A stretch of 22,319 bases of DNA, taken from IMG/VR virus record IMGVR_UViG_3300045988_130630; one strand, written 5' to 3'. A model generated the notes under the pieces. The model ran no database searches. It saw only the letters and a program-made list of their open reading frames with translations, and was not told the origin of the DNA. This DNA comes from a virus. The position numbers and the translations under genes are program-made. Positions 1 to 6,956 of this stretch are shown in pieces (position 1 is the stretch's first letter; each line of letters begins with the position of its first letter).

Positions 1-229
1 GTGTTTCAATTTCTTCACGAGAAAGACCATCACCATATTTATAAGTCATCTTATAATCAACTTGATTAGTTTTAAGGTTAATAGCTTTCCGCACTCGGAT
101 TTCTTCAAGCACTTTACCATCATTATCAAAGTCAATCATAAGATAGATTTGTTCAATTTTCTTATGACGAACACTTTTTTCCTTCATCCAAGAAGGGATA
201 TTTTTAATATCAAACTTACGTTCGATTTC
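1..229 (-). CDS. Hypothetical protein, 3' end runs off the window; start ATG 227-229, begins MEIERKFDIKNIPSWMKEK
   Basis: RBS AAGGAG 8 nt upstream of the ATG on minus; open frame continues to the window edge. Confidence 0.55.
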
Positions 230-393
230 CATCTTTATACTCCTTTAACTCTTGGAAATAAGTAAGAATCTACTCATTTTTATCAATAATCTCTGGACTA
301 TAATTATAATACTTCATAGAAGCAATCTAATCTTTCCATTCAGCGATTAACTAATCTACAGTATAATTCATGATTTCACCTACTTACTATTGA

Positions 394-467
394 GGTGACT
401 GGCGAAGATTTGAACTCGCGACCTTCTGAGCCACAATCAGATGCTCTACCAACTAAGCTACAGCCAC
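394..467 (-). tRNA. tRNA-His (anticodon GTG)
   Basis: Hand-folded cloverleaf: acceptor GTGGCTG/CAGTCAC, D-arm GCTT-AGTTGGTA-GAGC, anticodon arm TCTGA-TTGTGGC-TCAGA, C73; T-stem has a 1-nt bulge. Confidence 0.7.
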
Positions 468-468
468 A

Positions 469-556
469 TGGTGCTTTTGGTGAGACTCGAACTCACATGA
501 ACTTTATGCCCACTAGATTCTTAGTCTAGCATGTATACCAATTCCATCACAAAAGC
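469..556 (-). tRNA. tRNA-Leu, class II (anticodon AAG), CCA encoded
   Basis: Acceptor GCTTTTG/CAAAAGC, 3-bp D-stem, anticodon arm CTAGA-CTAAGAA-TCTAG, 16-nt variable arm, T-arm GTGAG-TTCGAGT-CTCAC. Confidence 0.65.
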
Positions 557-578
557 ATTTTCTTATTTTCATATATTT

Positions 579-607
579 ATTATATAATATTTTTTTTATA
601 AAGTCAA
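579..607 (-). promoter_or_regulatory. Sigma70-type promoter TTGACT-N17-TATAAT, member of the repeated 45-bp promoter family, upstream of the tRNA-Leu/His pair
   Basis: -35 as rc of 602-607, -10 as rc of 579-584, spacer exactly 17. Confidence 0.7.
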
Positions 608-644
608 AAGGGCCGATGTAAAGTATATTCACTTTACATCGGCC
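598..644 (-). terminator. Rho-independent terminator after the AAA+ ATPase gene
   Basis: Perfect inverted repeat ggccgatgtaaagt/actttacatcggcc (611-644), followed on minus by CTTTTGACTTTAT. Confidence 0.65.
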
Positions 645-650
645 GTCGCG

Positions 651-1790
651 TTAATAAAGATATTGTTCAAGAGTGTTTGCGACCTTAGTTAAAACAACAG
701 ACTTAATTACGCGCTCATTTTTAGCCTTTTCAATAGCTTCCTTACGCTTTTCAGCATCAGTAATCGTCCAAAAGTCATCAGGATCAATGTAAACTTCAAC
801 CTTTTTCGGATCAGCTGTAATCATACCCTTTTCAATCTTAATCGAATCAGGAGTCAAGGCATAACGAATAGTCTTACTATCTGAGGCATAACCATCATAC
901 CATCTTTGATGATTGGTATTAGGATTGTTAAACAAATTAACTGAAGCACCATAGGTATTATATACATCACCATTTACCGTAGTAATAGTGATATTGAAAC
1001 GAACATTGGAAGTCTGAGAGATATTAAGGTCTTCAAGAGTTTCTGCCACACCATAACCCTGATTAAGTTCAAAAGCAATCGCTCGAAGATAATCATAAGT
1101 CATATTAACAGTGCGAGAAAAATTCACAATATCCTTAATACCATCTGCGTATTTAGGTTTAACTTTATCAGTCAAATACTCAACGATCTCTTCCTCAGTT
1201 GGGAAAGTAATCTTAAAATGATAATGGAAACGACCAGGTCTATTCAAAAGATAAGTGCTAAGTCGATCAACTTCATTACAAGTAATGATAAAAAGCTTCT
1301 TACCATTATCAAGACCATCAAAAAGAGAAAGCATTTCTTCCTGCGGAGAGGGACCCGCATGGTCGTCAGAGTTATTAGAGAAATTCTTTTCAAACTCATC
1401 AAAAATAATTACGACTTCTTGCTCGATACTGGAAATAAAATCTGCGATACCAGGCATATAAGTATTAGCCAAAAGGACAGGATATCCGTTTTCAATAGCG
1501 TGATGAGAAAGAATACGAGCAAACAATGACTTACCAATACCCTTCTGACCACTTAAAATAACACCAAGATTACGGTCTGAATACTTAAAAGAATTAAGCA
1601 CCTTATTGACTTTAACTTCGTGATTACCATAAATTTTTTCCTCATTGACCGCAAGATCTGGACGAGAAGAAAGATAAAAACCTGCCATCTTACTAAAGCA
1701 GACTTCAAAAGACATAAGCGGAAGTCGCTTATAAGTCTTAACGTCCTCGCCATAAATCTGATAGCGAGAACCAGCGTTTACAATATTCAT
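651..1790 (-). CDS. AAA+ family ATPase
   Basis: 379-aa ORF; Walker A GQKGIGKS, Walker B VVIIFDEFE, sensor-2-like LNRPGRFHYHF; RBS AAGAGGA; TAA stop. Confidence 0.9.
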   Translation of the reverse strand: MNIVNAGSRYQIYGEDVKTYKRLPLMSFEVCFSKMAGFYLSSRPDLAVNEEKIYGNHEVKVNKVLNSFKYSDRNLGVILSGQKGIGKSLFARILSHHAIENGYPVLLANTYMPGIADFISSIEQEVVIIFDEFEKNFSNNSDDHAGPSPQEEMLSLFDGLDNGKKLFIITCNEVDRLSTYLLNRPGRFHYHFKITFPTEEEIVEYLTDKVKPKYADGIKDIVNFSRTVNMTYDYLRAIAFELNQGYGVAETLEDLNISQTSNVRFNITITTVNGDVYNTYGASVNLFNNPNTNHQRWYDGYASDSKTIRYALTPDSIKIEKGMITADPKKVEVYIDPDDFWTITDAEKRKEAIEKAKNERVIKSVVLTKVANTLEQYLY

Positions 1791-1817
1791 ACTTAATCCT
1801 CTTAATTTAAAATTTAA

Positions 1818-1908
1818 TGGCGAAGGAGAGAGGATTCGAACCTCCGGGCCCCAAATGAGGCCAACACCTTAGCAGGGTGCCGCATTCAACCAGCTCTGCC
1901 ACTCCTTC
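1818..1908 (-). tRNA. tRNA-Ser (anticodon GCT), class II, CCA encoded
   Basis: Acceptor GAAGGAG/CTCCTTC, anticodon loop CTGCTAA, long variable arm, T-arm GGAGG-TTCGAAT-CCTCT. Confidence 0.75.
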
Positions 1909-2000
1909 ATAATATATAAATAGAATAATTTACTGCTTAAACAGATGATATCCTCGTTTAAGCCATACCACACCCTCACCCAACACCTCAATTATTCTAT

Positions 2001-2237
2001 TTATTTACACCTATATATAATTAGCTTAGGCTTAATACTATATCCACAATAACTACGCCAAGTGCGATAATTACTAAAAATATAATATTTTCTATCAGGT
2101 TTAATATTACCAAATAAATTTAAAACTCTCAATCCTTGCTTATAATGAGAAGTTTTATTATTCACTTGGTAATTGGCCCAATCAAGAATTTCTTGACCGC
2201 TAAAACAAGGATTTTTATAACTTAAAATATTTTTCAT
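2001..2237 (-). CDS. Hypothetical small protein (78 aa)
   Basis: ORF with strong RBS AGGAGG 7 nt upstream; TAA stop. Confidence 0.55.
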   Translation of the reverse strand: MKNILSYKNPCFSGQEILDWANYQVNNKTSHYKQGLRVLNLFGNIKPDRKYYIFSNYRTWRSYCGYSIKPKLIIYRCK

Positions 2238-2313
2238 ATTCTACCTCCTCTGCTTTTCTGGACTTGGAACCAGCCTATGGTAGCATTAGGTAGGCGACCG
2301 CACTTATCGTTCG

Positions 2314-2379
2314 CTAGGACAAAACTCGCGCTCATCGCCAAAGATCAAATCATCGACATCTTTAAACATATCAGACAAT
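2314..2379 (-). CDS. Candidate 21-aa micro-ORF (MFKDVDDLIFGDEREFCPSER), leader-peptide-like
   Basis: ATG 9 nt downstream of AAAAAAGGAGG; TAA stop; sits ahead of a structured, tRNA-T-arm-like region at 2263-2313. Confidence 0.3.
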
Positions 2380-2646
2380 CCTCCTTTTTTATTTATTTTT
2401 ATGAAACAAAATAGAGAGTAGAAAAACAATTCATTTCTATGGAAGTGAAAGAAAACAACAATCTATATATCAAACGAAAGGGGAAATCAAACAGAAAGAT
2501 AAGTAAGAAAATGAACTAGATGTAAAAGACTCTCTCTATTGTATAGTCTTTTGTTTCTATATATTTAAATATATAGAAGAGTAGCCTTTCTAACAGGCAT
2601 CCCAACAGCCTCGAGCAGCAAAGAGGTTCCTCATTTGTTGGTCTTT

Positions 2647-2722
2647 TGGTGGGCGGAGACAGAATCGAACTGCCGACGCTAGGATCTTCAATCCTACGCT
2701 CTACCAGCTGAGCTATCCGCCC
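2647..2722 (-). tRNA. tRNA-Phe (anticodon GAA), CCA encoded
   Basis: GGGCGGA/TCCGCCC acceptor, GCTC-AGCTGGTA-GAGC D-arm, loop TTGAAGA, T-arm GGCAG-TTCGATT-CTGTC. Confidence 0.85.
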
Positions 2723-2936
2723 ATATTATTTATATTGCTACGATTCCCGATTCTCCACGTAGTCATTCTTCCTTTAAAACTGACTAAAAGAATGTGATAT
2801 TTTATTTATCGTACTACATCAACAATATAAATAGAACAAGACGCTATAAACAATCTTAAGCATATGTATTTTGTACATTGATGTTTTAAAGTTTGCTGTT
2901 AGCGTCTTTGTTATTCAAAAAGAAAGGAAAGATAAA

Positions 2937-3140
2937 TTATGCGTTCGCAGGTTCCGCGTTCTTTGGTCTGCGGAACTTTACATAACGCTCACCATCATAT
3001 CGGGACATCCAAATGATTGTGCCATCCTTAAAATGGAAATCATAAGTAAAATCCTTATCCTGTTCATCAACCTGATGGCAAAAGCCCTTACCGTACTTCT
3101 TAGAATAAACCTTATCGCCGGGCTTAAACTTAAACTTCAT
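2937..3140 (-). CDS. Hypothetical small protein (67 aa)
   Basis: ORF with RBS AAGGAG; TAA stop. Confidence 0.5.
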   Translation of the reverse strand: MKFKFKPGDKVYSKKYGKGFCHQVDEQDKDFTYDFHFKDGTIIWMSRYDGERYVKFRRPKNAEPANA

Positions 3141-3185
3141 TTAGATATCTCCTTTTGGATTATTTTAATTTACAAGACACAAATG

Positions 3186-3257
3186 AAATATTTGTTGGAA
3201 TTGAACCAACTACAATTTGTTTAACAGACAAATACTCTACCAATGAGTTAAAATACT
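3186..3257 (-). tRNA. tRNA-Asn (anticodon GTT), no CCA encoded
   Basis: Acceptor AGTATTT/AAATATT (one G-U pair), D-arm ACTC-ATTGGTA-GAGT, anticodon arm TTTGT-CTGTTAA-ACAAA, T-arm GTTGG-TTCAATT-CCAAC. Confidence 0.75.
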
Positions 3258-3338
3258 TTCAATAGAAAATGATTGCTGTGTGTGCCTTTATTACTGTGAT
3301 ACCTCTTAAAAGAGGGCTTACGGCGTTACGCCTAATGT

Positions 3339-4118
3339 TTATATGTTTTTCCATTCATCATCAGTGTATAAATTTATAATTTTTTTTGTATTAGGTAAAT
3401 TATAAGAAATACACCATTTTCTAATGGAATTATCACTTACATGATATATATTCGCGATAGAAGTAAAACTTTTATTACGAATCAATTTTTTTAATTCATC
3501 ACGAGAAGGTCTTTCAATTTTTCGATGTTCTTTAGCAGAACATTTCTAACATTTTTGACCTTTTCCGCTCCACTCTCCACCACATATAGGACAAACTTTT
3601 TTTAAAAGTTTTTTCTCTTCTTCTGGTTTATTTTTATCAAAACGAGAATAATGTAAAGGATAATTTAATTTTTCATTAAACCAAGTTCTTCCAACATTTA
3701 TATCTCTAATAGTATCTTTACTAACTTTATATTTTTTAGCTAATTCCGAATGATTAACTACACCTAACTTATCATTAATTAAAATATTTTGAATATCTTG
3801 AACTTCCTAATAATTTAATTTTTGATAAATTACGCGATAATCTCCACCTATTGTCTAATTATACTCTGGTTTATAATAATCAATCCAATAAATTTCTCTA
3901 CTATTTAGATTATCAATTTCACATTCTTCTAACACTTCAAATATAAAATTAGAAACACCATATTTTCTGAAACTTTGATATAAGGGATAATTATAGCTTT
4001 TACTCTTTTCATCTTGGGAACTATATATATGATTTTCCCAACGTTCTGCTATATTTCTTGACTATCCAATATAACAATGATTATTTATTTTATTAGTAAT
4101 TTTATAAATTCCTATCAT
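3339..4118 (-). CDS. GIY-YIG free-standing homing endonuclease carrying 4 in-frame TAG codons (at 4062, 3855, 3807, 3546)
   Basis: RBS AAGGAG + ATG at 4118; N-terminus GIYKITNKINNHCYIG-TAG-SRNIAERWENH matches the GIY-YIG motif; C-terminal CPICGG...KC-TAG-KC zinc finger; single coherent frame ending in TAA at 3339. Confidence 0.8.
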
Positions 4119-4201
4119 ATTACCATCTCCTTACACTATAATTAAAATTTTATTTAAGATAATTATAATTTTTCGACCTCGAAAGTATTTAGGTGATGAT
4201 A

Positions 4202-4274
4202 TGGTTGCGGTCGGGCGATTCGAACGCCGTTTTTGGCTTATGAGGCCAACGAGCTACCTTTGCTCCACCCCCGC
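4202..4274 (-). tRNA. tRNA with anticodon CAT (Met or Ile2), CCA encoded
   Basis: D-arm GAGC-AAAGGTA-GCTC, anticodon arm TTGGC-CTCATAA-GCCAA, T-loop TTCGAAT; acceptor stem has mismatches. Confidence 0.6.
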
Positions 4275-4276
4275 AA

Positions 4277-4352
4277 TGGTCGGTCAAATTAGAATCGAAC
4301 TAATATCCCTTGTCTTATGAGAACAATGCTCTGCCAATTAAGCTATTGACCG
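4277..4352 (-). tRNA. tRNA with anticodon CAT (Met or Ile2), CCA encoded
   Basis: Acceptor CGGTCAA/TTGACCG, D-arm GCTT-AATTGGCA-GAGC, anticodon arm TTGTT-CTCATAA-GACAA, T-arm ATTAG-TTCGATT-CTAAT. Confidence 0.8.
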
Positions 4353-4512
4353 AAAATGGGATAGATATAATATTCGCGACCATTATATCTATTGGACTTT
4401 CTAACCCATCGTCCCAAAATTCTTAATAGACCTCATCAAATGGCCAACTTTTGTAGAGGCTTTTGTGCGACCACCTGCGCACTTACATAGACATAAGAAT
4501 GATGCCAACGTA

Positions 4513-4590
4513 TGGCGACCCAGGCGGGGCTTGAACCCGCGGTCTTAGCCGTGACAGGGCTACGTGATATTCCAACTTCACTACTGGGCC
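4513..4590 (-). tRNA. tRNA-Asp (anticodon GTC), CCA encoded
   Basis: Acceptor GGCCCAG/CTGGGTC, D-stem GTGA/TCAC, anticodon arm TAGCC-CTGTCAC-GGCTA, T-arm GCGGG-TTCAAGC-CCCGC. Confidence 0.8.
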
Positions 4591-4593
4591 ATA

Positions 4594-4671
4594 TGGTACT
4601 CCTGGTGGGATTCGAACCCAACGACTCTAGCGTGAAAGGCTAGTGACTTAAGCCCACTTGTCGACAGGAGC
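4594..4671 (-). tRNA. tRNA-Glu (anticodon TTC), CCA encoded
   Basis: Acceptor GCTCCTG/CAGGAGT (G-U at pair 1-72), 3-bp D-stem with long D-loop, anticodon arm CTAGC-CTTTCAC-GCTAG, T-loop TTCGAAT. Confidence 0.65.
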
Positions 4672-4739
4672 ATGTATATTACTTTTTGTTAAAGAAGAAG
4701 TATAACTCCTCCAATTATTGTTTAACTAATTAAATTAGA

Positions 4740-4816
4740 TGGTGGCCTCGGCCAGAATCGAACTGACATTATTAGATTGAGAGTCTAATTTCCTAATCCT
4801 TTTAGAAGACGAGGTC
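4740..4816 (-). tRNA. tRNA with anticodon CTC (Glu-type), CCA encoded
   Basis: Acceptor GACCTCG/CGAGGCC (one mismatch), anticodon arm TTAGA-CTCTCAA-TCTAA, T-arm GTCAG-TTCGATT-CTGGC. Confidence 0.6.
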
Positions 4817-4820
4817 ATAT

Positions 4821-5069
4821 TTAAGCACATCTATCATAATCTTGATTTTTGTGCTTTTGTTTTCGCTTAAATGAGCCTTTACCTTTCTTCGCAGGAACTT
4901 TAAATCCTCTGCGCCGAAACAATTGAAGATATTCATTAAGTTCTTCTTTGTTCTTTTTCATATAACTTTTATTCACGGTATTCATCCTCATCTTCATAAA
5001 GGGAAAGATCCTGATAAGCAGCATATTCATCACTCTGAATCTCGCAAGCATAGCTTTCATAGTAATCAT
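4821..5069 (-). CDS. Hypothetical small basic protein (82 aa, K/R-rich C-terminus)
   Basis: ORF immediately downstream of promoter copy 5111-5139; weak RBS. Confidence 0.4.
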   Translation of the reverse strand: MITMKAMLARFRVMNMLLIRIFPFMKMRMNTVNKSYMKKNKEELNEYLQLFRRRGFKVPAKKGKGSFKRKQKHKNQDYDRCA

Positions 5070-5110
5070 TATACATAATTTAAATCTTCTTTTCTTAACT
5101 TTCTATAAAT

Positions 5111-5139
5111 ATTATATTATATTTTTTATAAAATGTCAA
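5111..5139 (-). promoter_or_regulatory. Sigma70-type promoter TTGACA-N17-TATAAT (repeated promoter family)
   Basis: -35 rc of 5134-5139, -10 rc of 5111-5116. Confidence 0.7.
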
Positions 5140-5256
5140 AAGATTAAAAGACCAACCAAAAAGCGATATTTGTTAACGATGGTCGCCACTCCACCGCCGT
5201 CAATATTCATAAACACTTACCATTTCTACACTAACCTACTAATTAAAGGAGGTGAC

Positions 5257-5344
5257 TGGTGCTTCGAGAGAGACTTGAACTCTCACCATCCATTCGGATA
5301 ATCGGGTTTGAGCCGATCGCGTCTGCCAATTCCGCCATCAAAGC
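5257..5344 (-). tRNA. tRNA-Leu, class II (anticodon CAA), CCA encoded
   Basis: Acceptor GCTTTGA/TCGAAGC, 3-bp D-stem, anticodon arm ATCGG-CTCAAAC-CCGAT, variable-arm hairpin ATCC-GAAT-GGAT, T-arm GAGAG-TTCAAGT-CTCTC. Confidence 0.75.
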
Positions 5345-5354
5345 ATAACTAAGA

Positions 5355-5479
5355 GGATTTTTAAGAAGAACCCTCAAAACTTCTTTCTAATCATCTAATT
5401 GGATTTTTAAGAAGAACCCTCAAAACTTCTTTCTAATCTAATGGAAGTTTTAAGAAGATCTTCCAACTTCTTTCTAATC
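5355..5479. repeat. Three tandem copies of a 46-bp unit, each holding a hairpin AAGAAG-N12-CTTCTT; third copy degenerate
   Basis: Direct repeats at 5355-5392, 5401-5438 and 5443-5479. Confidence 0.7.
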
Positions 5480-5887
5480 TAAATCGCACTTTAGGGCGGC
5501 CGTCCCTCCGCGGCATCACGGTAAATATACTATAATTTTTTATCCAAAAAAAGGTTATAAGCCAAAAAGGGATAATTATTTAAGATATAATTATCAAGAC
5601 TACGCTAACTGCTCAAATTTTCTCTTCTTAGTGGGAAAAACTTTCTTAGCGCTGAAACCAAAATCACTATTAGCATTTTGTATATATATTATCTTATTGT
5701 ATATAAGTTTCATTAATATACCTTATCTATTATATCATTTAGTATATTGTATTAAGTTTTAATTAATAAGATAATATTTCTGGCTGCTTTTATCACCAAT
5801 CATATAATTGGTTATATTGGGCAATGCTCCCAAACTTGCGGTTTACTTAACCGCCGTGCTTACACTTTACACCATATAACCATATAA

Positions 5888-5966
5888 TGGTGGACCTCGT
5901 GAGAATCGAACTCACCTGATTTTCTGTGTGCAAGACAGACGACCACGCCATGCAGTCCCGAAGCCC
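5888..5966 (-). tRNA. tRNA-Cys (anticodon GCA), CCA encoded; atypical D-arm and a 7-nt variable region
   Basis: Anticodon arm TCTGT-CTTGCAC-ACAGA, T-arm GTGAG-TTCGATT-CTCAC, acceptor GGGCTTC/GAGGTCC with two G-U pairs. Confidence 0.55.
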
Positions 5967-6053
5967 GGAATGCGACTTATTTATGTATAGATGGAGTCGC
6001 CAACCACCTGCGTTCAAAGTCCGCAAGCCTTCAACGCATTCCCAGGGAGGGGT

Positions 6054-6130
6054 TGGTGCTGGAGAAAGGACTCGAACCTTCAGATTAATGATCCTAAATC
6101 ATTCGTCTATGCCAATTCGACTACACCAGC
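6054..6130 (-). tRNA. tRNA with anticodon 5'-UAG-3' (reads CUA, Leu-type) but class I architecture with a 5-nt variable loop; CCA encoded
   Basis: Acceptor GCTGGTG/CTCCAGC (one U-U mismatch), 3-bp D-stem GTC/GAC, anticodon arm AATGA-TTTAGGA-TCATT with G37, variable AATCT, T-arm GAAGG-TTCGAGT-CCTTT. Confidence 0.6.
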
Positions 6131-6149
6131 AAATAAAGAGTTTTATAAC

Positions 6150-6265
6150 CCACATCGCGAAGATTCGAACTTCGTCAACCGTTAGGACTCGAACCAACTT
6201 TTACTCTTTTGGATTCCCAGAACCCATAGCCTTGATTAATGTGAGTATAGCCACTACTTCACAAT
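6150..6265 (-). other. tRNA-like remnants: two T-arm-like hairpins with no pairing 5' acceptor strand
   Basis: The hairpins are CGAAG-TTCGAAT-CTTCG and GTTGG-TTCGAGT-CC(T)TAAC; no standard cloverleaf closes either one. Confidence 0.35.
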
Positions 6266-6370
6266 AAGTTTTACTTCGCTTCTTTATATTTAGTCGGGCG
6301 TTTTCCGCAAGCCACATATTCTTTCGACCAGTGGTAGTTTAAACTTATAAAATCCGTGTTAACGCCCCAA

Positions 6371-6447
6371 TGGCGGGAGAGATAGGATTCGAACCTATGA
6401 CATCTTGTTTAACAGACAAGCGCTCTAACCAACTGAGCTACACTCCC
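6371..6447 (-). tRNA. tRNA-Asn (anticodon GTT), second copy, CCA encoded
   Basis: Acceptor GGGAGTG/CTCTCCC, D-arm GCTC-AGTTGGTTA-GAGC, anticodon arm CTTGT-CTGTTAA-ACAAG, T-arm ATAGG-TTCGAAT-CCTAT. Confidence 0.8.
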
Positions 6448-6487
6448 ATAAAAGAAGGACTTTTTAAAATCCTTACTTTATATATTT

Positions 6488-6516
6488 ATTATATTATATT
6501 TTTTTTAAAAAATCAA
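6488..6516 (-). promoter_or_regulatory. Sigma70-type promoter TTGATT-N17-TATAAT (promoter family)
   Basis: -35 rc of 6511-6516, -10 rc of 6488-6493. Confidence 0.6.
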
Positions 6517-6574
6517 CTTTTCTCTTTTACCCAAGTTTTTTTATTTTCTTTTTCTTTCTTCATCTTATATAAAT

Positions 6575-6603
6575 ATTATATAATATTTTTTATAAAATGT
6601 CAA
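6575..6603 (-). promoter_or_regulatory. Sigma70-type promoter TTGACA-N17-TATAAT (promoter family)
   Basis: -35 rc of 6598-6603, -10 rc of 6575-6580; the -35 hexamer contains the TGA stop of the gene at 6600-6782. Confidence 0.7.
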
Positions 6604-6782
6604 TAAGGTCTTTGAATTGGCATTAAATCATCTTCTGAAAGAAGCCACTTTTCACCATGTTCATCAAGGACTTCAATCTGATAATTTAATACTCGAATAA
6701 CAGTACATTTAAGATACTGTCTCCGATAACAACGACCGCGATAAGGGACAAAACAATAAGAATTACCAACTTCAATATTCAT
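6600..6782 (-). CDS. Hypothetical small protein (60 aa)
   Basis: RBS AAGGAG; promoter copy upstream at 6817-6845; TGA stop. Confidence 0.55.
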   Translation of the reverse strand: MNIEVGNSYCFVPYRGRCYRRQYLKCTVIRVLNYQIEVLDEHGEKWLLSEDDLMPIQRPY

Positions 6783-6816
6783 TATTTATTTTCTCCTTTC
6801 TCAACTTTCTATATAT

Positions 6817-6845
6817 ATTATATTATATATTTTTAATAAAATCAA
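6817..6845 (-). promoter_or_regulatory. Sigma70-type promoter TTGATT-N17-TATAAT (promoter family)
   Basis: -35 rc of 6840-6845, -10 rc of 6817-6822. Confidence 0.6.
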
Positions 6846-6873
6846 AAAAGTTCTTTTTGTTTAAAATATTAAA

Positions 6874-6956
6874 TGGCACCAGGGGTACGAGTCGAACGCA
6901 TTACCACGAGATTTGGAGTCACGCCCCAGTCCCTCCGGGATTAAGGTTCCCCTGAT
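6874..6956 (-). tRNA. tRNA-Trp-like (anticodon CCA) with about 7 extra nt in the 5' half; CCA encoded
   Basis: 3' half is canonical: anticodon arm CGTGA-CTCCAAA-TCTCG, T-arm ATGCG-TTCGACT-CGTAC, acceptor 3' CCCTGGT-G-CCA. The 5' acceptor ATCAGGG pairs, but the D region is too long. Confidence 0.4.

Noticed and set aside
62-265. Plus-strand ORFs in the track: 62..265, 1218..1529, 1255..1461, 2871..3224, 5926..6267, 5991..6185, 6370..6606, 9385..9591, 14306..14491, 14639..14833, 15364..15915, 16000..16575, 17470..17880, 19397..19609, 19898..20266, 20378..20788, 20761..20967, 20998..21402, 21744..22031
   Set aside because: All are antisense to stronger minus-strand genes or overlap tRNAs. None has a convincing RBS. 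Every supported feature in the window is minus-oriented.
1553-1753. Minus ORFs 1553..1753 and 4436..4621, and minus 15771..15980
   Set aside because: The first overlaps the AAA+ ATPase gene out of frame; the second lies across tRNA-Asp/Glu; the third is inside gene 15343-16947 in another frame.
1909-2015. 14-bp inverted repeats flanking an inner 8-bp hairpin, as a terminator or mobile-element end
   Set aside because: No U-tract on the transcribed strand and no target-site duplication or transposase. Kept only as an unexplained structure.
2255-2340. tRNA gene, from the T-arm-like motif GCTGGTTCCAAGTCCAG
   Set aside because: 8-nt loop, no acceptor or anticodon arms. The region is better explained by a small RBS-bearing ORF plus the leader of gene 2001-2237.
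4202-4274. Assigning one CAT tRNA as initiator fMet
   Set aside because: Neither copy shows the initiator hallmarks (C1-A72 mismatch, three G-C pairs at the base of the anticodon stem) clearly enough to call by hand.
5355-5479. CRISPR array
   Set aside because: Only three units, directly abutting, with no unique spacers. Each unit is itself a hairpin. No cas genes.
6054-6130. This tRNA as the amber suppressor
   Set aside because: The anticodon reads 5'-UAG-3', which decodes CUA. An amber suppressor needs 5'-CUA-3'. No loop of the form NUCUANN was found in any tRNA here.
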